A DNA stretch of 64,000 bases from NCBI GenBank assembly GCA_044344255.1, contig JBIJDH010000021.1:32001-96000 (forward strand). The letters are read 5' to 3'. Position numbers and translations under genes: made by a program. The notes beneath the pieces are model-generated. The model was given only the letters and a program-made list of their open reading frames with translations, ran no database searches and had not been told where the DNA came from. Each line of letters starts with the position of its first letter. The stretch's first letter is position 1. Shown in pieces: positions 47,631 to 57,396 of this stretch. Origin of the DNA: Myxococcota bacterium. GTDB lineage: Bacteria; Myxococcota_A; UBA796; UBA2385.

Positions 47631-48764
47631 CTACCGGTTGGAGATCAGGTCGGCCGTCTCTTGACGGACGTCGCCCTTGCCCCAGTTGTTGTCCCGATTG
47701 GCGAGCTCGGCGGTCTTTCGCGCCTTCTTCTCGGCCTGCAGCTCCACGAGGTGGTGGTGCGTCGTGAAGTAGGGCAGGGACTTGCCGATGATGTCGGCGA
47801 CCGAGTCGAAATTGTGCATCTCGAGGAAGGACTCGGTGCCGCGGATGAGCTCGGCGACCATGTCGAAGCCCTGGAGCATCGGCCCGGTGCAGGACTGCAC
47901 CGTGGTGGCGCCCACCAACATGTGCTCGATGGCGTCGGCCGCGCTCGTGACGCCGCCGATGCCCGAGATGGTGAAGCCCGGCTGATCGAGGGCGATCTCG
48001 GCCACCATGCGGAGCGCGATGGGCTTGATGGCGAGGTAGGAGTAGCCGCCGAAGGTGGAGTGCCCCTCTACGGTGGGGGTGGGGCGCAGGGTCTTGAGGT
48101 CGATGCCGATCGTGCTGAGGATCGTGTTGATCGCGCTCACCCCGTCGGCGCCGCCGGCCTTCGCGGCACGGGAGGGCACGCGGATGTCGGTGATGTTGGG
48201 CGTCATCTTGGCCCAGACGGGCTTGCCGCCCGCGGCCTCGACCACCCAGCGGGTGACCTCCTCCACCATCGCTGGGTTCTGGCCCATCGCCGCGCCCATG
48301 CCCGTCTCGGGGTGGCCGTGGGGGCAGGAGAAATTGAGCTCGAGCGAGTCGCAGCCGGCGGCCAGACAGCGGCTGGCCAGCTCCTGCCAGCGGTCCTTGT
48401 TGTAACACTCCATGATCGAGCCGATGAGGATGCGGTCGGGCCAGGCGTCCTTGACCCGCTTGAAGTCGTCCTCCCAGTCCTCGAAGGGCCGGTCGCTGAT
48501 GAGCTCGATGTTCTGGAAGCCGACGTTGTCGCCGTTGGTCGAGCGCAGCTTGCCGTAGCGGGGCTGGACGTTGACCACGACGGTGTCGGTGAGGCTGGTC
48601 GTCTTGGCGACCACCCCGCCCCAGCCCGCGGCGAAGGCCTTGTTGATGATCGTGGCGTTGGTGCTGGGAGGCCCGCTCCCGATGACGAAGGGGTTCGGGA
48701 ACCGGAGCCCGTTGACCGTGATGGCGAGCTTGGACGAGCCCGCAGAAGATCCAGCGGTGGACAA
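47631..48764 (-). CDS. preA: Dihydropyrimidine dehydrogenase, PreA/PYD1-type FMN subunit
   Basis: NPFVIGSGPP, NIELISDR, ELNFSCPHG, KMTPNITDI, INT, SGIGG; TTG start after GAGGTG. Confidence 0.9.
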   Translation of the reverse strand: MSTAGSSAGSSKLAITVNGLRFPNPFVIGSGPPSTNATIINKAFAAGWGGVVAKTTSLTDTVVVNVQPRYGKLRSTNGDNVGFQNIELISDRPFEDWEDDFKRVKDAWPDRILIGSIMECYNKDRWQELASRCLAAGCDSLELNFSCPHGHPETGMGAAMGQNPAMVEEVTRWVVEAAGGKPVWAKMTPNITDIRVPSRAAKAGGADGVSAINTILSTIGIDLKTLRPTPTVEGHSTFGGYSYLAIKPIALRMVAEIALDQPGFTISGIGGVTSAADAIEHMLVGATTVQSCTGPMLQGFDMVAELIRGTESFLEMHNFDSVADIIGKSLPYFTTHHHLVELQAEKKARKTAELANRDNNWGKGDVRQETADLISNR

Positions 48765-48800
48765 GGGCGCACCTCGTTGCGCGAAGGGAACGAGCAGTCT

Positions 48801-48911
48801 ACACCAATGTCCCCCCCCAACACCAATGTCCCCCCCCAACACCAATGTCCCCCCCAACACCAGTGTTCCCCCCCCACACCAATGTTCCCCCCCCCACCAA
48901 TGTCCCTCCCC
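48801..48911. repeat. Tandem repeat, 6 copies of ~19 bp ACACCAATGT(C)7-9
   Basis: Direct reading; lies between divergent preA and the deaminase gene. Confidence 0.9.
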
Positions 48912-48934
48912 GGCGCGGATGGTAGACTGCTCGC

Positions 48935-50224
48935 ATGCTCTTCGAGAACGCATGGCTCAACGGTGATCGGGTAGATATGCGGGTTTCGGGCGGCCGAATC
49001 ACCGCGCTTCGGGTCGTCGCGCCGGCGGGCCCGCGCGCGCCTGACCCTCCGCTCGTCCCCCGCCACGGCGAGGAGGTGGTTCGGGACGGCATGATCTGCC
49101 CTCACTTCGCCGAACCCCACGTCCACCTCGACGCCACGCAGCTCGGGCTGCGCAAGCCGAACGTCTCGGGCACGCTCCGGGAGGGCATCCGCAACTGGGC
49201 AGAGCTGCGCGACGGCCTCACTTGGCCTGACGTACGCCATCGGGCGCTCAAGACCATCCGCTGGTACGTCTCGCTCGGCACCACCCGCATCCGCACCCAC
49301 GTCGACACCGCCTGCCTCCCCGCCGTGGAGGCCCTGATCGCGCTGCGGGCCGAGCTCGCCGACGGCCTGCCCGGCGTCATGGCCCGCCCCGTCGACGGCG
49401 GCCGCGAGTTCAAGATCCCAGTCGAGCTCCAGGTGGTGGCCTTCCCCCAGGAGGGCATCCTCCGCGCCCCTGGGCAGCGGGACCGCCTCAACCAGGTGGC
49501 GGCCCTCGGGGTCAACGCCATCGGCGCCATCCCCCACTTCGAGCGCACCACCGACGAGGGCTGGCGCTCGGTGCGGCTGGCCTTTGATCTCGCCGAGAAG
49601 CACGGCGTGGGCATCGACATCCACTGTGACGAGACGGACGATCCGGACAGCCGCAACCTCGAGGTGGTGGCCGCCGAGTCCATCGACCGCGGGATGGGCG
49701 GGAAGGTGGTCGCCGGTCACTGCACGGCCCTCCACTCCTACCCGAACGCCTACGCGGCGAAGATCGTCGAGCTCACGGCCAAGGCGGGGCTGCTCGTGGT
49801 GGCCAACCCCCTCGACAACGTCGTGCTGCAGGGCCGTTACGACGGATACCCCCGGCGGCGGGGCATCACGCGGGTCGATGAGCTCTGGGCCGCGGGGGCG
49901 CGGGTGGCGATCGGCCACGACTCCGTGATGGACCCCTGGTACCGCCTCGGCACCGCCAACATGATCGATCCCGCCTACATGCTCCTCCATGTGGCCCAGC
50001 TCACGAGCGAGCGGGAGATGAACCGGGTCTTTCACACGCTGCACCGCGAGAACCACCAGCCCTTCGGCGAGGTGCCGCCGATCATGGAGGGTGCCTGGGC
50101 CACCTTCCAGTGGTTCCCCGCCGATGATCCCATCGAGTGCCTCCGCCTCCGCCCGCGTGCCCGCGTGCTCTACCGCGGCGGTGAGGTGCACGTGCCCGTG
50201 GATAGCGCTGACTCCGTGCGCTAG
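48935..50224 (+). CDS. codA: Cytosine deaminase-like amidohydrolase
   Basis: EPHVHLD, RTHVD, VAFPQEG, GAIPHFE, DIHCDETDD, GHDSVMDPWY. Confidence 0.88.
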   Translation: MLFENAWLNGDRVDMRVSGGRITALRVVAPAGPRAPDPPLVPRHGEEVVRDGMICPHFAEPHVHLDATQLGLRKPNVSGTLREGIRNWAELRDGLTWPDVRHRALKTIRWYVSLGTTRIRTHVDTACLPAVEALIALRAELADGLPGVMARPVDGGREFKIPVELQVVAFPQEGILRAPGQRDRLNQVAALGVNAIGAIPHFERTTDEGWRSVRLAFDLAEKHGVGIDIHCDETDDPDSRNLEVVAAESIDRGMGGKVVAGHCTALHSYPNAYAAKIVELTAKAGLLVVANPLDNVVLQGRYDGYPRRRGITRVDELWAAGARVAIGHDSVMDPWYRLGTANMIDPAYMLLHVAQLTSEREMNRVFHTLHRENHQPFGEVPPIMEGAWATFQWFPADDPIECLRLRPRARVLYRGGEVHVPVDSADSVR

Positions 50225-50245
50225 GGAGCCGCGCACGGAGGTCGC

Positions 50246-51418
50246 ATGGGCGCTGAGCAGAGCGGGACGGAGCAGGGCGGGATGGTCGGCGCCGGCGCGC
50301 CGCTCGCCGGGGTCAGGGTGTTGGACTTCAGCCGCGTGCTGAGCGGCCCCTACGCGACCATGAGCCTCGCAGACCTCGGCGCCGACGTCGTCAAGGTGGA
50401 GGAGCCCGGCGCGGGCGATGACACCCGCGCCTTCGGGCCCCCCTTCGTGGAGGGGGTGAGCACATACTTCCTGAGTATCAATCGAGGGAAGCGCTCCATC
50501 ACCCTCAACCTGAAGGACCCCGCCCACCGCGAGCGGGCCCGGGCCCTGGCCGCGGTCGCCGATGTGGTGATCGAGAACTTCCGGCCGGGGGTGATGGACC
50601 GCCTCGGCCTCGGCGCCGCGTCCCTCCTGGAGGCGAACCCGCGCCTCGTCTTCTGCAGCATCTCGGGCTTCGGTCGGGCGCTCGACCGCCCGGGCTACGA
50701 CCTCATGGTGCAGGGCTTATCGGGCATCCCCACGCTGACCGGGCCGAGCGAGGGCCCACCGAACAAGTGCGGGGCCTCGATCGCGGACCTCGTGAGCGGA
50801 CTCAACGCGGTCCAGGGCATCCTCGCCGCGCTCTACCGCCGGGAGCACACCGGCCGCGGCGGCGTCGTCGACGTCTCGATGCTCGACGGGCAGCGCTCCC
50901 TGCTCACCTACCACGCGAGCGCCTGGCTGAACGGGGGCAAGCTCCCGGGTCGCATCGGCAACGCGCACCCGAGCATCCACCCCTTCTGCACCTACGAGGC
51001 CGAGGACGGCCACATCAACGTCTGCGTGGGCAACGACGGCCTCTGGCGGGCCTTCTGTGGGGTGCTCGGGCAGGCCGACTGGGTGACCGACCCCCGCTTC
51101 GCGACCAACCGCGCCCGGGTGGTGAACCGCGCGGAGCTGGACGCCGCCCTGGCGCCGCTCTTTCGGGGGCGCAGCGTCGCCGGGTGGCGGGCCGCGCTCG
51201 ACGCCGCCGGGGTGCCGAACGGCCCGATGGCCACGGTGGCCGAGGCCTTGGAGGACGCCGCCCTGGTCAGCCATCCTCACCCCGAGGGCGGGCCGCCGGT
51301 GCGCAGCCTGCCGCTGCCCTATGCCATCGACGGAGCGCCGCGGGCCGCCGCGCGGGGGGCGCCTCGCCTCGGCGAGCACAACGATGAGGTCGAAGAAGAC
51401 TGGCTCGGGGCGGGCTGA
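50246..51418 (+). CDS. CaiB/BaiF family CoA transferase
   Basis: PLAGVRVLDFSRVLSGP, LGADVVKVE, NRGKRS, ENFRPG, GYD. Confidence 0.95.
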   Translation: MGAEQSGTEQGGMVGAGAPLAGVRVLDFSRVLSGPYATMSLADLGADVVKVEEPGAGDDTRAFGPPFVEGVSTYFLSINRGKRSITLNLKDPAHRERARALAAVADVVIENFRPGVMDRLGLGAASLLEANPRLVFCSISGFGRALDRPGYDLMVQGLSGIPTLTGPSEGPPNKCGASIADLVSGLNAVQGILAALYRREHTGRGGVVDVSMLDGQRSLLTYHASAWLNGGKLPGRIGNAHPSIHPFCTYEAEDGHINVCVGNDGLWRAFCGVLGQADWVTDPRFATNRARVVNRAELDAALAPLFRGRSVAGWRAALDAAGVPNGPMATVAEALEDAALVSHPHPEGGPPVRSLPLPYAIDGAPRAAARGAPRLGEHNDEVEEDWLGAG

Positions 51419-51424
51419 GCCCCG

Positions 51425-52504
51425 GTGATCAAGTACATCGGCTCGAAGCGGCTCCTCGTGCCGCTCATCGTCGAGGTGGCGCGGGAGCTCCCGGGCACCC
51501 GCTCGGCCCTCGACCTCTTCAGCGGAACCTCGCGGGTGGGCATCGCCTTGAAGGCGGAGGGGCTGCGGGTCATCGCCAATGACCACAACGCCTACGCCGC
51601 CACCCTGGCCCGCTGCTACATCGCCGCCGACCGGGAGACCTGGGCGGAGCCGGCGGCCCGCCTGATCGCCGAGCTCGACGCGCTCCCCGGCCGCGCGGGC
51701 TGGTTCACCGAGACCTACTGTGTGGAGAGCCGCTTCTTTCAGCCCGAGAACGGCGCCCGCGTCGATCGGATCCGCGACACGATCCAGGGGCTCTCGCTGC
51801 CGCCGCCCCTCGAGGCCATCGCCCTCACCTCGCTGCTCGAGGCCGCCGACCGCGTGGACTCCACCACCGGGGTGCAGATGGCCTACCTGAAGCAGTGGGC
51901 GCCGCGGGCCTACAAGCCGCTCCAGCTCCGGCTGCCCGAGCTCTCGCCCCGCGCCCCGCACGGCCCGGGGGAGGCCTGGGAGCGGGACGCGGTCGAGTGC
52001 GCCGGCGAGGCGGAGGTGGACATCGCCTACGTGGATCCCCCGTACAACCAGCACAAGTACCTCGGCAACTACCACATCTGGGAGTCGCTCGTGCGCTGGG
52101 ATCGCCCCGAGGTCTACGGCGTGGCGCGTAAGCGAGCCGACTGCCGCCTCCGCCAGAGCGCCTTCAACAGCCGGCCCGGCATCCGCGCGGCGATGGCGGC
52201 GATCATCGGGAAGCTGCGCGCCCGCCACATCCTCGTGTCGTTCAACAACGAGGGCTACATCAGCCGCGCCGAGATGGAGGCCCTGCTCCGCGTGCGGGGG
52301 ACGGTCCGCGTCATCGAGCGAGACTTCAAGCGCTATGTGGGGGCGCAGATCGGGATCTACAGCCCTCAGGGTCAACGGGTCGGTGAGGTCGGGGCCCTCA
52401 CCAACAAGGAGTACCTCTTCCTCGTCAGCCCTGAGGGTGCAGGTTCAGCCGACGCGGCTCAGCCGCCGACGCCGGGCTCTACGGCGGCCACACCCGCCTT
52501 GTAG
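51425..52504 (+). CDS. DNA adenine methyltransferase (D12/FokI-like), apparently orphan
   Basis: KYIGSK, DLFSGT (motif I), YVDPPYN (motif IV), SFNNEG, EYLF. Confidence 0.9.
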   Translation: MIKYIGSKRLLVPLIVEVARELPGTRSALDLFSGTSRVGIALKAEGLRVIANDHNAYAATLARCYIAADRETWAEPAARLIAELDALPGRAGWFTETYCVESRFFQPENGARVDRIRDTIQGLSLPPPLEAIALTSLLEAADRVDSTTGVQMAYLKQWAPRAYKPLQLRLPELSPRAPHGPGEAWERDAVECAGEAEVDIAYVDPPYNQHKYLGNYHIWESLVRWDRPEVYGVARKRADCRLRQSAFNSRPGIRAAMAAIIGKLRARHILVSFNNEGYISRAEMEALLRVRGTVRVIERDFKRYVGAQIGIYSPQGQRVGEVGALTNKEYLFLVSPEGAGSADAAQPPTPGSTAATPAL

Positions 52505-52959
52505 GTCTCGTAGATGTAGACCTTCACGGGCAGGTCGCCGAGGTGGTGCGCGATGAGGGGCTTGACCTCGGCCCAATCGAGCGCTCCCACGCCGGTGGCG
52601 AGGCGGGGCAGGGCGACGCTCTTATAGCCCTCGCGCTCGATCTCCAGGCGCAGGGCCCGGAGCGCGTGGTTCACGGAGGAGAGCTTGGCCTTGCCGCCGT
52701 GGCCGGCGTGCCCGTGGGCGTCGGAGGGCTCCTGGGTGAAGACGGAGAGCACGGTGCGGGCGCCCGGGCCACCCCAGCTCCAGAGCCCGCCCACCACGGC
52801 CTTGTGGGCGTGGCAGTAATGACGGAACTCCTTGTAGAGGGCCGGCCACTGGTTGCGCATCGCGAGCGCGAGGCCTTGATCGAAATTGTCGTAGGGGGCG
52901 ACCCCATGGGCGATGGCGTCGGCCTTGCTGAGGAGGATGTCGCCGGTGACGTCGTGCAT
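52459..52959 (-). CDS. Macro domain protein (Poa1p/DarG-like)
   Basis: GDILLS...GLALAM...SVALPRLATGVGALDWAEVKPLI; alternative start at 52977. Confidence 0.85.
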   Translation of the reverse strand: MHDVTGDILLSKADAIAHGVAPYDNFDQGLALAMRNQWPALYKEFRHYCHAHKAVVGGLWSWGGPGARTVLSVFTQEPSDAHGHAGHGGKAKLSSVNHALRALRLEIEREGYKSVALPRLATGVGALDWAEVKPLIAHHLGDLPVKVYIYETYKAGVAAVEPGVGG

Positions 52960-53089
52960 GTGGGTGTGTTCCTTCATCGAGATGGGCTTTTTCGCACAGT
53001 CGCCGGGCGCCTGAGGTGCTCGGTGGGGCGAGAACGACGGTTGAACCTTTGAAAATCCGGCGTGCTCGCTTTACTGTGTGGGGCTGAGG

Positions 53090-53105
53090 CGCAACAACCG
53101 TGCCA
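53090..53105 (-). promoter_or_regulatory. Sigma54 promoter for the macro-domain gene
   Basis: Minus strand reads TGGCACG-GTTG-TTGCG. Confidence 0.7.
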
Positions 53106-53166
53106 CGGTCTGTCCACGGGCGACGGCGAGCCCCAAGGCGGGTAGAGCGCGGGCCGGGGGGCGTGG

Positions 53167-54423
53167 ATGCGCGAGCTCGACATCGGCGTGATCGGCTGCG
53201 GCACGGCGGGCCCCGCGGCCGCCCTCTTCCTCGCCCGGCGGGGGCACAGGGTCACCCTCTACGAGAAGGTGCGCCAGCCCGGCCCGGTCGGGGCGGGCAT
53301 CATGCTCCAGCCCACCGGGCAGCGGGTCCTGGCCGAGCTGGGCCTGCTCCCCGCCATCCTCACCGCGGGGGAGCGGATCGATCGGCTCCGCTGCGAGACC
53401 GTGAGCGGGCGCGGGCTCGTCGACATCGCCTACGCCCACGTCGACCCTCGCCTCTTCGGCCTCGGCCTGCACCGCGGCGTCCTCTTTCAGGCGCTCTACG
53501 ACGCCGTCCGGGCCGAGCCGCGCATCGTGCTGAAGCTCGGGATCGAGGGCCGGGACTTGAGCCGGCGCGAGGGGCACCGCGCGATCATCGACGTCCACGG
53601 CCAGGCGCACGGTGAGCACCAGCTCATCGTCGTCTCCGATGGGGCCCACTCCCAGTTTCGGGATGACACCCCGCTCCCGCAGCGGGTGCGCCCCTACCCT
53701 TGGGGTGCGCTGTGGTTCGTCGCGCGGGACCCGGAGCGGCGCTTCACCGGTCGGCTCCATCAGGTCGTGCGCGGCACCGAGCGCATGCTCGGCCTCCTGC
53801 CCACGGGAGAGGGCCCCCGGGGGGAGGGGCGGGTGGTGAGCCTGTTCTGGAGCATCGCTGGCCGCGCGGTGGAGGACTTCCGTCGGGGCGACCTCGAGGC
53901 CTGGAAGGCGGAGCTCCGCGCCATGAACCCGGCGGTCGCGCCCGTGCTCGAGCAGATCCACACCCCCGACGACCTCCTCTACGCCTCCTACAAGGACGTC
54001 GAGATGCGCCGCTGGAACACCGATGACGTCGTCTACATCGGCGACTCCGCCCACGCGATGAGCCCCCAGCTCGGCCAGGGGGCCAACCTCGCGCTGATGG
54101 ACGCCTCCGCCCTCGCGGCTGCGCTGGGCGCCGAGCCGAGCGTGGCGGCGGCCCTCCGGCGGTACAGCCGGGAGCGGAGGGATCATCTTCGTTTCTACGG
54201 CTTCATGACCCGCTGGCTCACGCCCTTCTTTCAGTCCGACCTTCGTCCGCTCGGCCCGCTGCGCGACCTCGCCCTGCCGCTCGGGCGGTGGCTGCCGGGC
54301 ATCACCGGCCAGATGGTGCGGACCATGGCCGGCCTGAAACGCGGCTTCTTCTTGCCGTCTATGCGGCCGGATCGGCTGCTGGACCTCCACCCCGAGGCGG
54401 GGCTGCGGGCCCCACGGACCTGA
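53167..54423 (+). CDS. FAD-dependent monooxygenase
   Basis: GCGTAG, DGAHS, GDSAHAMSPQLGQGANLALMDA. Confidence 0.93.
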   Translation: MRELDIGVIGCGTAGPAAALFLARRGHRVTLYEKVRQPGPVGAGIMLQPTGQRVLAELGLLPAILTAGERIDRLRCETVSGRGLVDIAYAHVDPRLFGLGLHRGVLFQALYDAVRAEPRIVLKLGIEGRDLSRREGHRAIIDVHGQAHGEHQLIVVSDGAHSQFRDDTPLPQRVRPYPWGALWFVARDPERRFTGRLHQVVRGTERMLGLLPTGEGPRGEGRVVSLFWSIAGRAVEDFRRGDLEAWKAELRAMNPAVAPVLEQIHTPDDLLYASYKDVEMRRWNTDDVVYIGDSAHAMSPQLGQGANLALMDASALAAALGAEPSVAAALRRYSRERRDHLRFYGFMTRWLTPFFQSDLRPLGPLRDLALPLGRWLPGITGQMVRTMAGLKRGFFLPSMRPDRLLDLHPEAGLRAPRT

Positions 54424-54456
54424 GCGGTCCCCGAGGACCTGGGGCAGGGCTCCGGC

Positions 54457-54975
54457 TCAGCGGTCCATCAGCCGCTGGGCCTCCAGCACCTCGTAGACCG
54501 CGCGGAGCTGCTCGGGGGTGAAGGCGCGCTTCCACGGGGGCATGTCGGTGCCGGGCACCCCCTCTTCGATGAGGCGGAGCTGGGCGGCGTCGGAGAAGTA
54601 GGTGGCGCCCTCACCTTCGACGAGGTTGACCGGCGGGGGCCGCAGGCTCGCGGCGCGGGGGCCGTCGCCGGCGCCGCTCAGGCCGTGGCAGGCCGCGCAG
54701 CTCTTGGCCCAGATCTCCGCCGCGGCGGCCCGCGAGGCGGGGTCAGCCGGTGGGAGGGGGGCGTCGTAGGCGGGGCCCATGGTTCGTCTCAGGTCCTCGC
54801 GGAGGGCCGCCCAGCGCTGCTCCCGGGGCGCCGCGGGCGCGGGTTGGGCGCAGCCGCCCAGCGGCAGGAGGAGCGCGAAGAGAGACACGACGAGGGGCAC
54901 GAGGAGGGGCGCGAGGAGCCCCCCGCGGCGGGCGGCGGGGCTCAGGGGCCGGCGGGGGTGCTGCGGATCGACCAC
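54457..54975 (-). CDS. c-type cytochrome lipoprotein
   Basis: CAACHG heme motif, GDGP, MPPW; LGGC lipobox. Confidence 0.88.
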   Translation of the reverse strand: MVDPQHPRRPLSPAARRGGLLAPLLVPLVVSLFALLLPLGGCAQPAPAAPREQRWAALREDLRRTMGPAYDAPLPPADPASRAAAAEIWAKSCAACHGLSGAGDGPRAASLRPPPVNLVEGEGATYFSDAAQLRLIEEGVPGTDMPPWKRAFTPEQLRAVYEVLEAQRLMDR

Positions 54976-56585
54976 GTGCTGCTGTCGCTCCAGTCGAGGG
55001 CCGCGCCCTGATCGGCGAGGCCGGTGGCCGGGCCCCAGGCGAGGGGGGCTTGTCCGGTGAGGGCCTCTCGTAGCGCGATCCGGAGGTACGAGAAGCGGCC
55101 GTCGCCGAGGGCGCAGCCGTCCTCGACGTCGCTGCCCGCCACCTCGAGGGTGTCTGTGTCCGGGGTGAGCCGCCCGCGCTGGTTGTGGGTGTCGGCGGTG
55201 ACGGCGACGCCGGCGGGGATGAGGTTGCCCACCTCGCAGGGGGTGTCGTCGATGGCGATCGTGTAGGCGACCGGCGGCAGGAGGAGGGCGCCGCTGTGGA
55301 CGTCGGTGAGCGCGACGGTGTCATCGGAGACCGCGTGCAGCGTCACCGAGACCGCGGCGCCGGCCCCGTCGTCGGTCCAGGTGCGGCTGCTGGGCAGGCG
55401 GCCGGGCAGGCGAGCGGTCATCTGGGCGCCGAGGAGGCGGTCGTGGAGCGCATGATCGACGGCGTCGGGGTTGAGCTCGGGGGCCGCCGGGGCGAGGTAG
55501 GGGAGCGTCGCCCCGAGGCTGCCGCTGTACCGGAGGACGATGCCGGCGCTGTCGGCGGCGCTCTCGCGGGAGAGCGTGGCGCCATCGAGCTCGTGGCCGA
55601 GGGCGAGCTCCAGCCACGCGGCCCAGAGGAGGGTCGCGGCCTCGATCTCCGGCGGCACCGCCGTGAGGTAGGCGAGCTCGGCGGTGGCCGTGGCCTCGAC
55701 CATGTCGGTGCAGATCGGGCCCTCGCCGTCCCACTCCACGGTCCAGGCGTGGTCGTCGGAGAGGGCGAGGTCGAGGTCGAGGCTCTGTCCGCGGACGCCG
55801 CCCACGCCGGGGCTGAGGGTGGCCACGAGGCGGCCGGTGCGGGGGGTGGTGTAGACCCCCTGGAGCTCGACCTCCCAGAGGATGCGCGTGTCGTCGAGCA
55901 CGACGTCGATGAGGCCGCCGCTGGTGTCGAGGGAGACCTGGGCGTCGATCGACCAGGCGCCAGTCGCCACGAGCGCCTCGGGCACCAGCTCGCACTCGGT
56001 GCCCGTCGGGCAGACCTCGCAGTCCGCGGCGGTGAGGTGGAGGCCGGGCTCGGGGCCGAGCGCGCGTCCGGCGAGGATCGGCGGCAGGTAGGCGGCCACT
56101 TGCTCGAGGCCGAGCGGCCCCAGGCTCGACTGGAGGCCGCCCTGGACGGGATCTTCGCCGGCCTCGGCCAGCCCGAGCTGCACCGTGACGGCGGCCTCAC
56201 GCCCCGAGGTGTCGGCGCCGTGGAGGGTGAGGATGCGCCAGGGCTCGCCTTCGAGGGAGAGGCCAACGGAGAAGGCCCCGTCGGCGTCGACCGAGACGGG
56301 CTCGAGATCGGCGTAGAGGCCGGCGAGGTTCTCCACGCCCTCGACGCGGCCGGTGACCGTGACCACGCCCGAGCTGCCGTAGGTGGCCGGGCGGTCTGGC
56401 AGGATGACGATCGGGCCGCCGTAGCCGCCGTCTGCGCCGTCTCCGGCGCCGCTGTCCTCCTCGCCTGTGCCGACGGGGCGGGACTTCTCGGTGCCTGGGT
56501 TGCCACAGCTGGCGAGCCCCGCCGCCACGAGCAGCGCGCCGAGGCAGCTCAGGCTCGCGCAGGAAGGGGGTTGGATCTGGGACAT
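54942..56585 (-). CDS. Hypothetical lipoprotein
   Basis: LASC lipobox; GGAGG before ATG 56585. Confidence 0.65.
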   Translation of the reverse strand: MSQIQPPSCASLSCLGALLVAAGLASCGNPGTEKSRPVGTGEEDSGAGDGADGGYGGPIVILPDRPATYGSSGVVTVTGRVEGVENLAGLYADLEPVSVDADGAFSVGLSLEGEPWRILTLHGADTSGREAAVTVQLGLAEAGEDPVQGGLQSSLGPLGLEQVAAYLPPILAGRALGPEPGLHLTAADCEVCPTGTECELVPEALVATGAWSIDAQVSLDTSGGLIDVVLDDTRILWEVELQGVYTTPRTGRLVATLSPGVGGVRGQSLDLDLALSDDHAWTVEWDGEGPICTDMVEATATAELAYLTAVPPEIEAATLLWAAWLELALGHELDGATLSRESAADSAGIVLRYSGSLGATLPYLAPAAPELNPDAVDHALHDRLLGAQMTARLPGRLPSSRTWTDDGAGAAVSVTLHAVSDDTVALTDVHSGALLLPPVAYTIAIDDTPCEVGNLIPAGVAVTADTHNQRGRLTPDTDTLEVAGSDVEDGCALGDGRFSYLRIALREALTGQAPLAWGPATGLADQGAALDWSDSSTWSIRSTPAGP

Positions 56586-56716
56586 CGGGCCTCCGGGGCT
56601 CCCTCCCTCCCTATCCGCACCTCCGCGGGCTGGGTGGCGGGACGTCGAGCTTTGGCGTACAGTGCCGGGGGTTGTCCGGGAGGGCCGCCTGCGCACCCGA
56701 ATTGTCGCTGGAGGAG

Positions 56717-57355
<639 letters not shown>

Positions 57356-57396
57356 GGCACGGGTGGGCCGCCCGCCGAGCGCGGCCCCGACCGTGT

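Noticed and set aside
47617..47642. 13-bp direct repeat CCTACCGGTTGGA at the preA stop
   Set aside because: Simple local slippage duplication with no evidence of function
48801..48911. CRISPR array
   Set aside because: No unique spacers, unit too short, no cas genes
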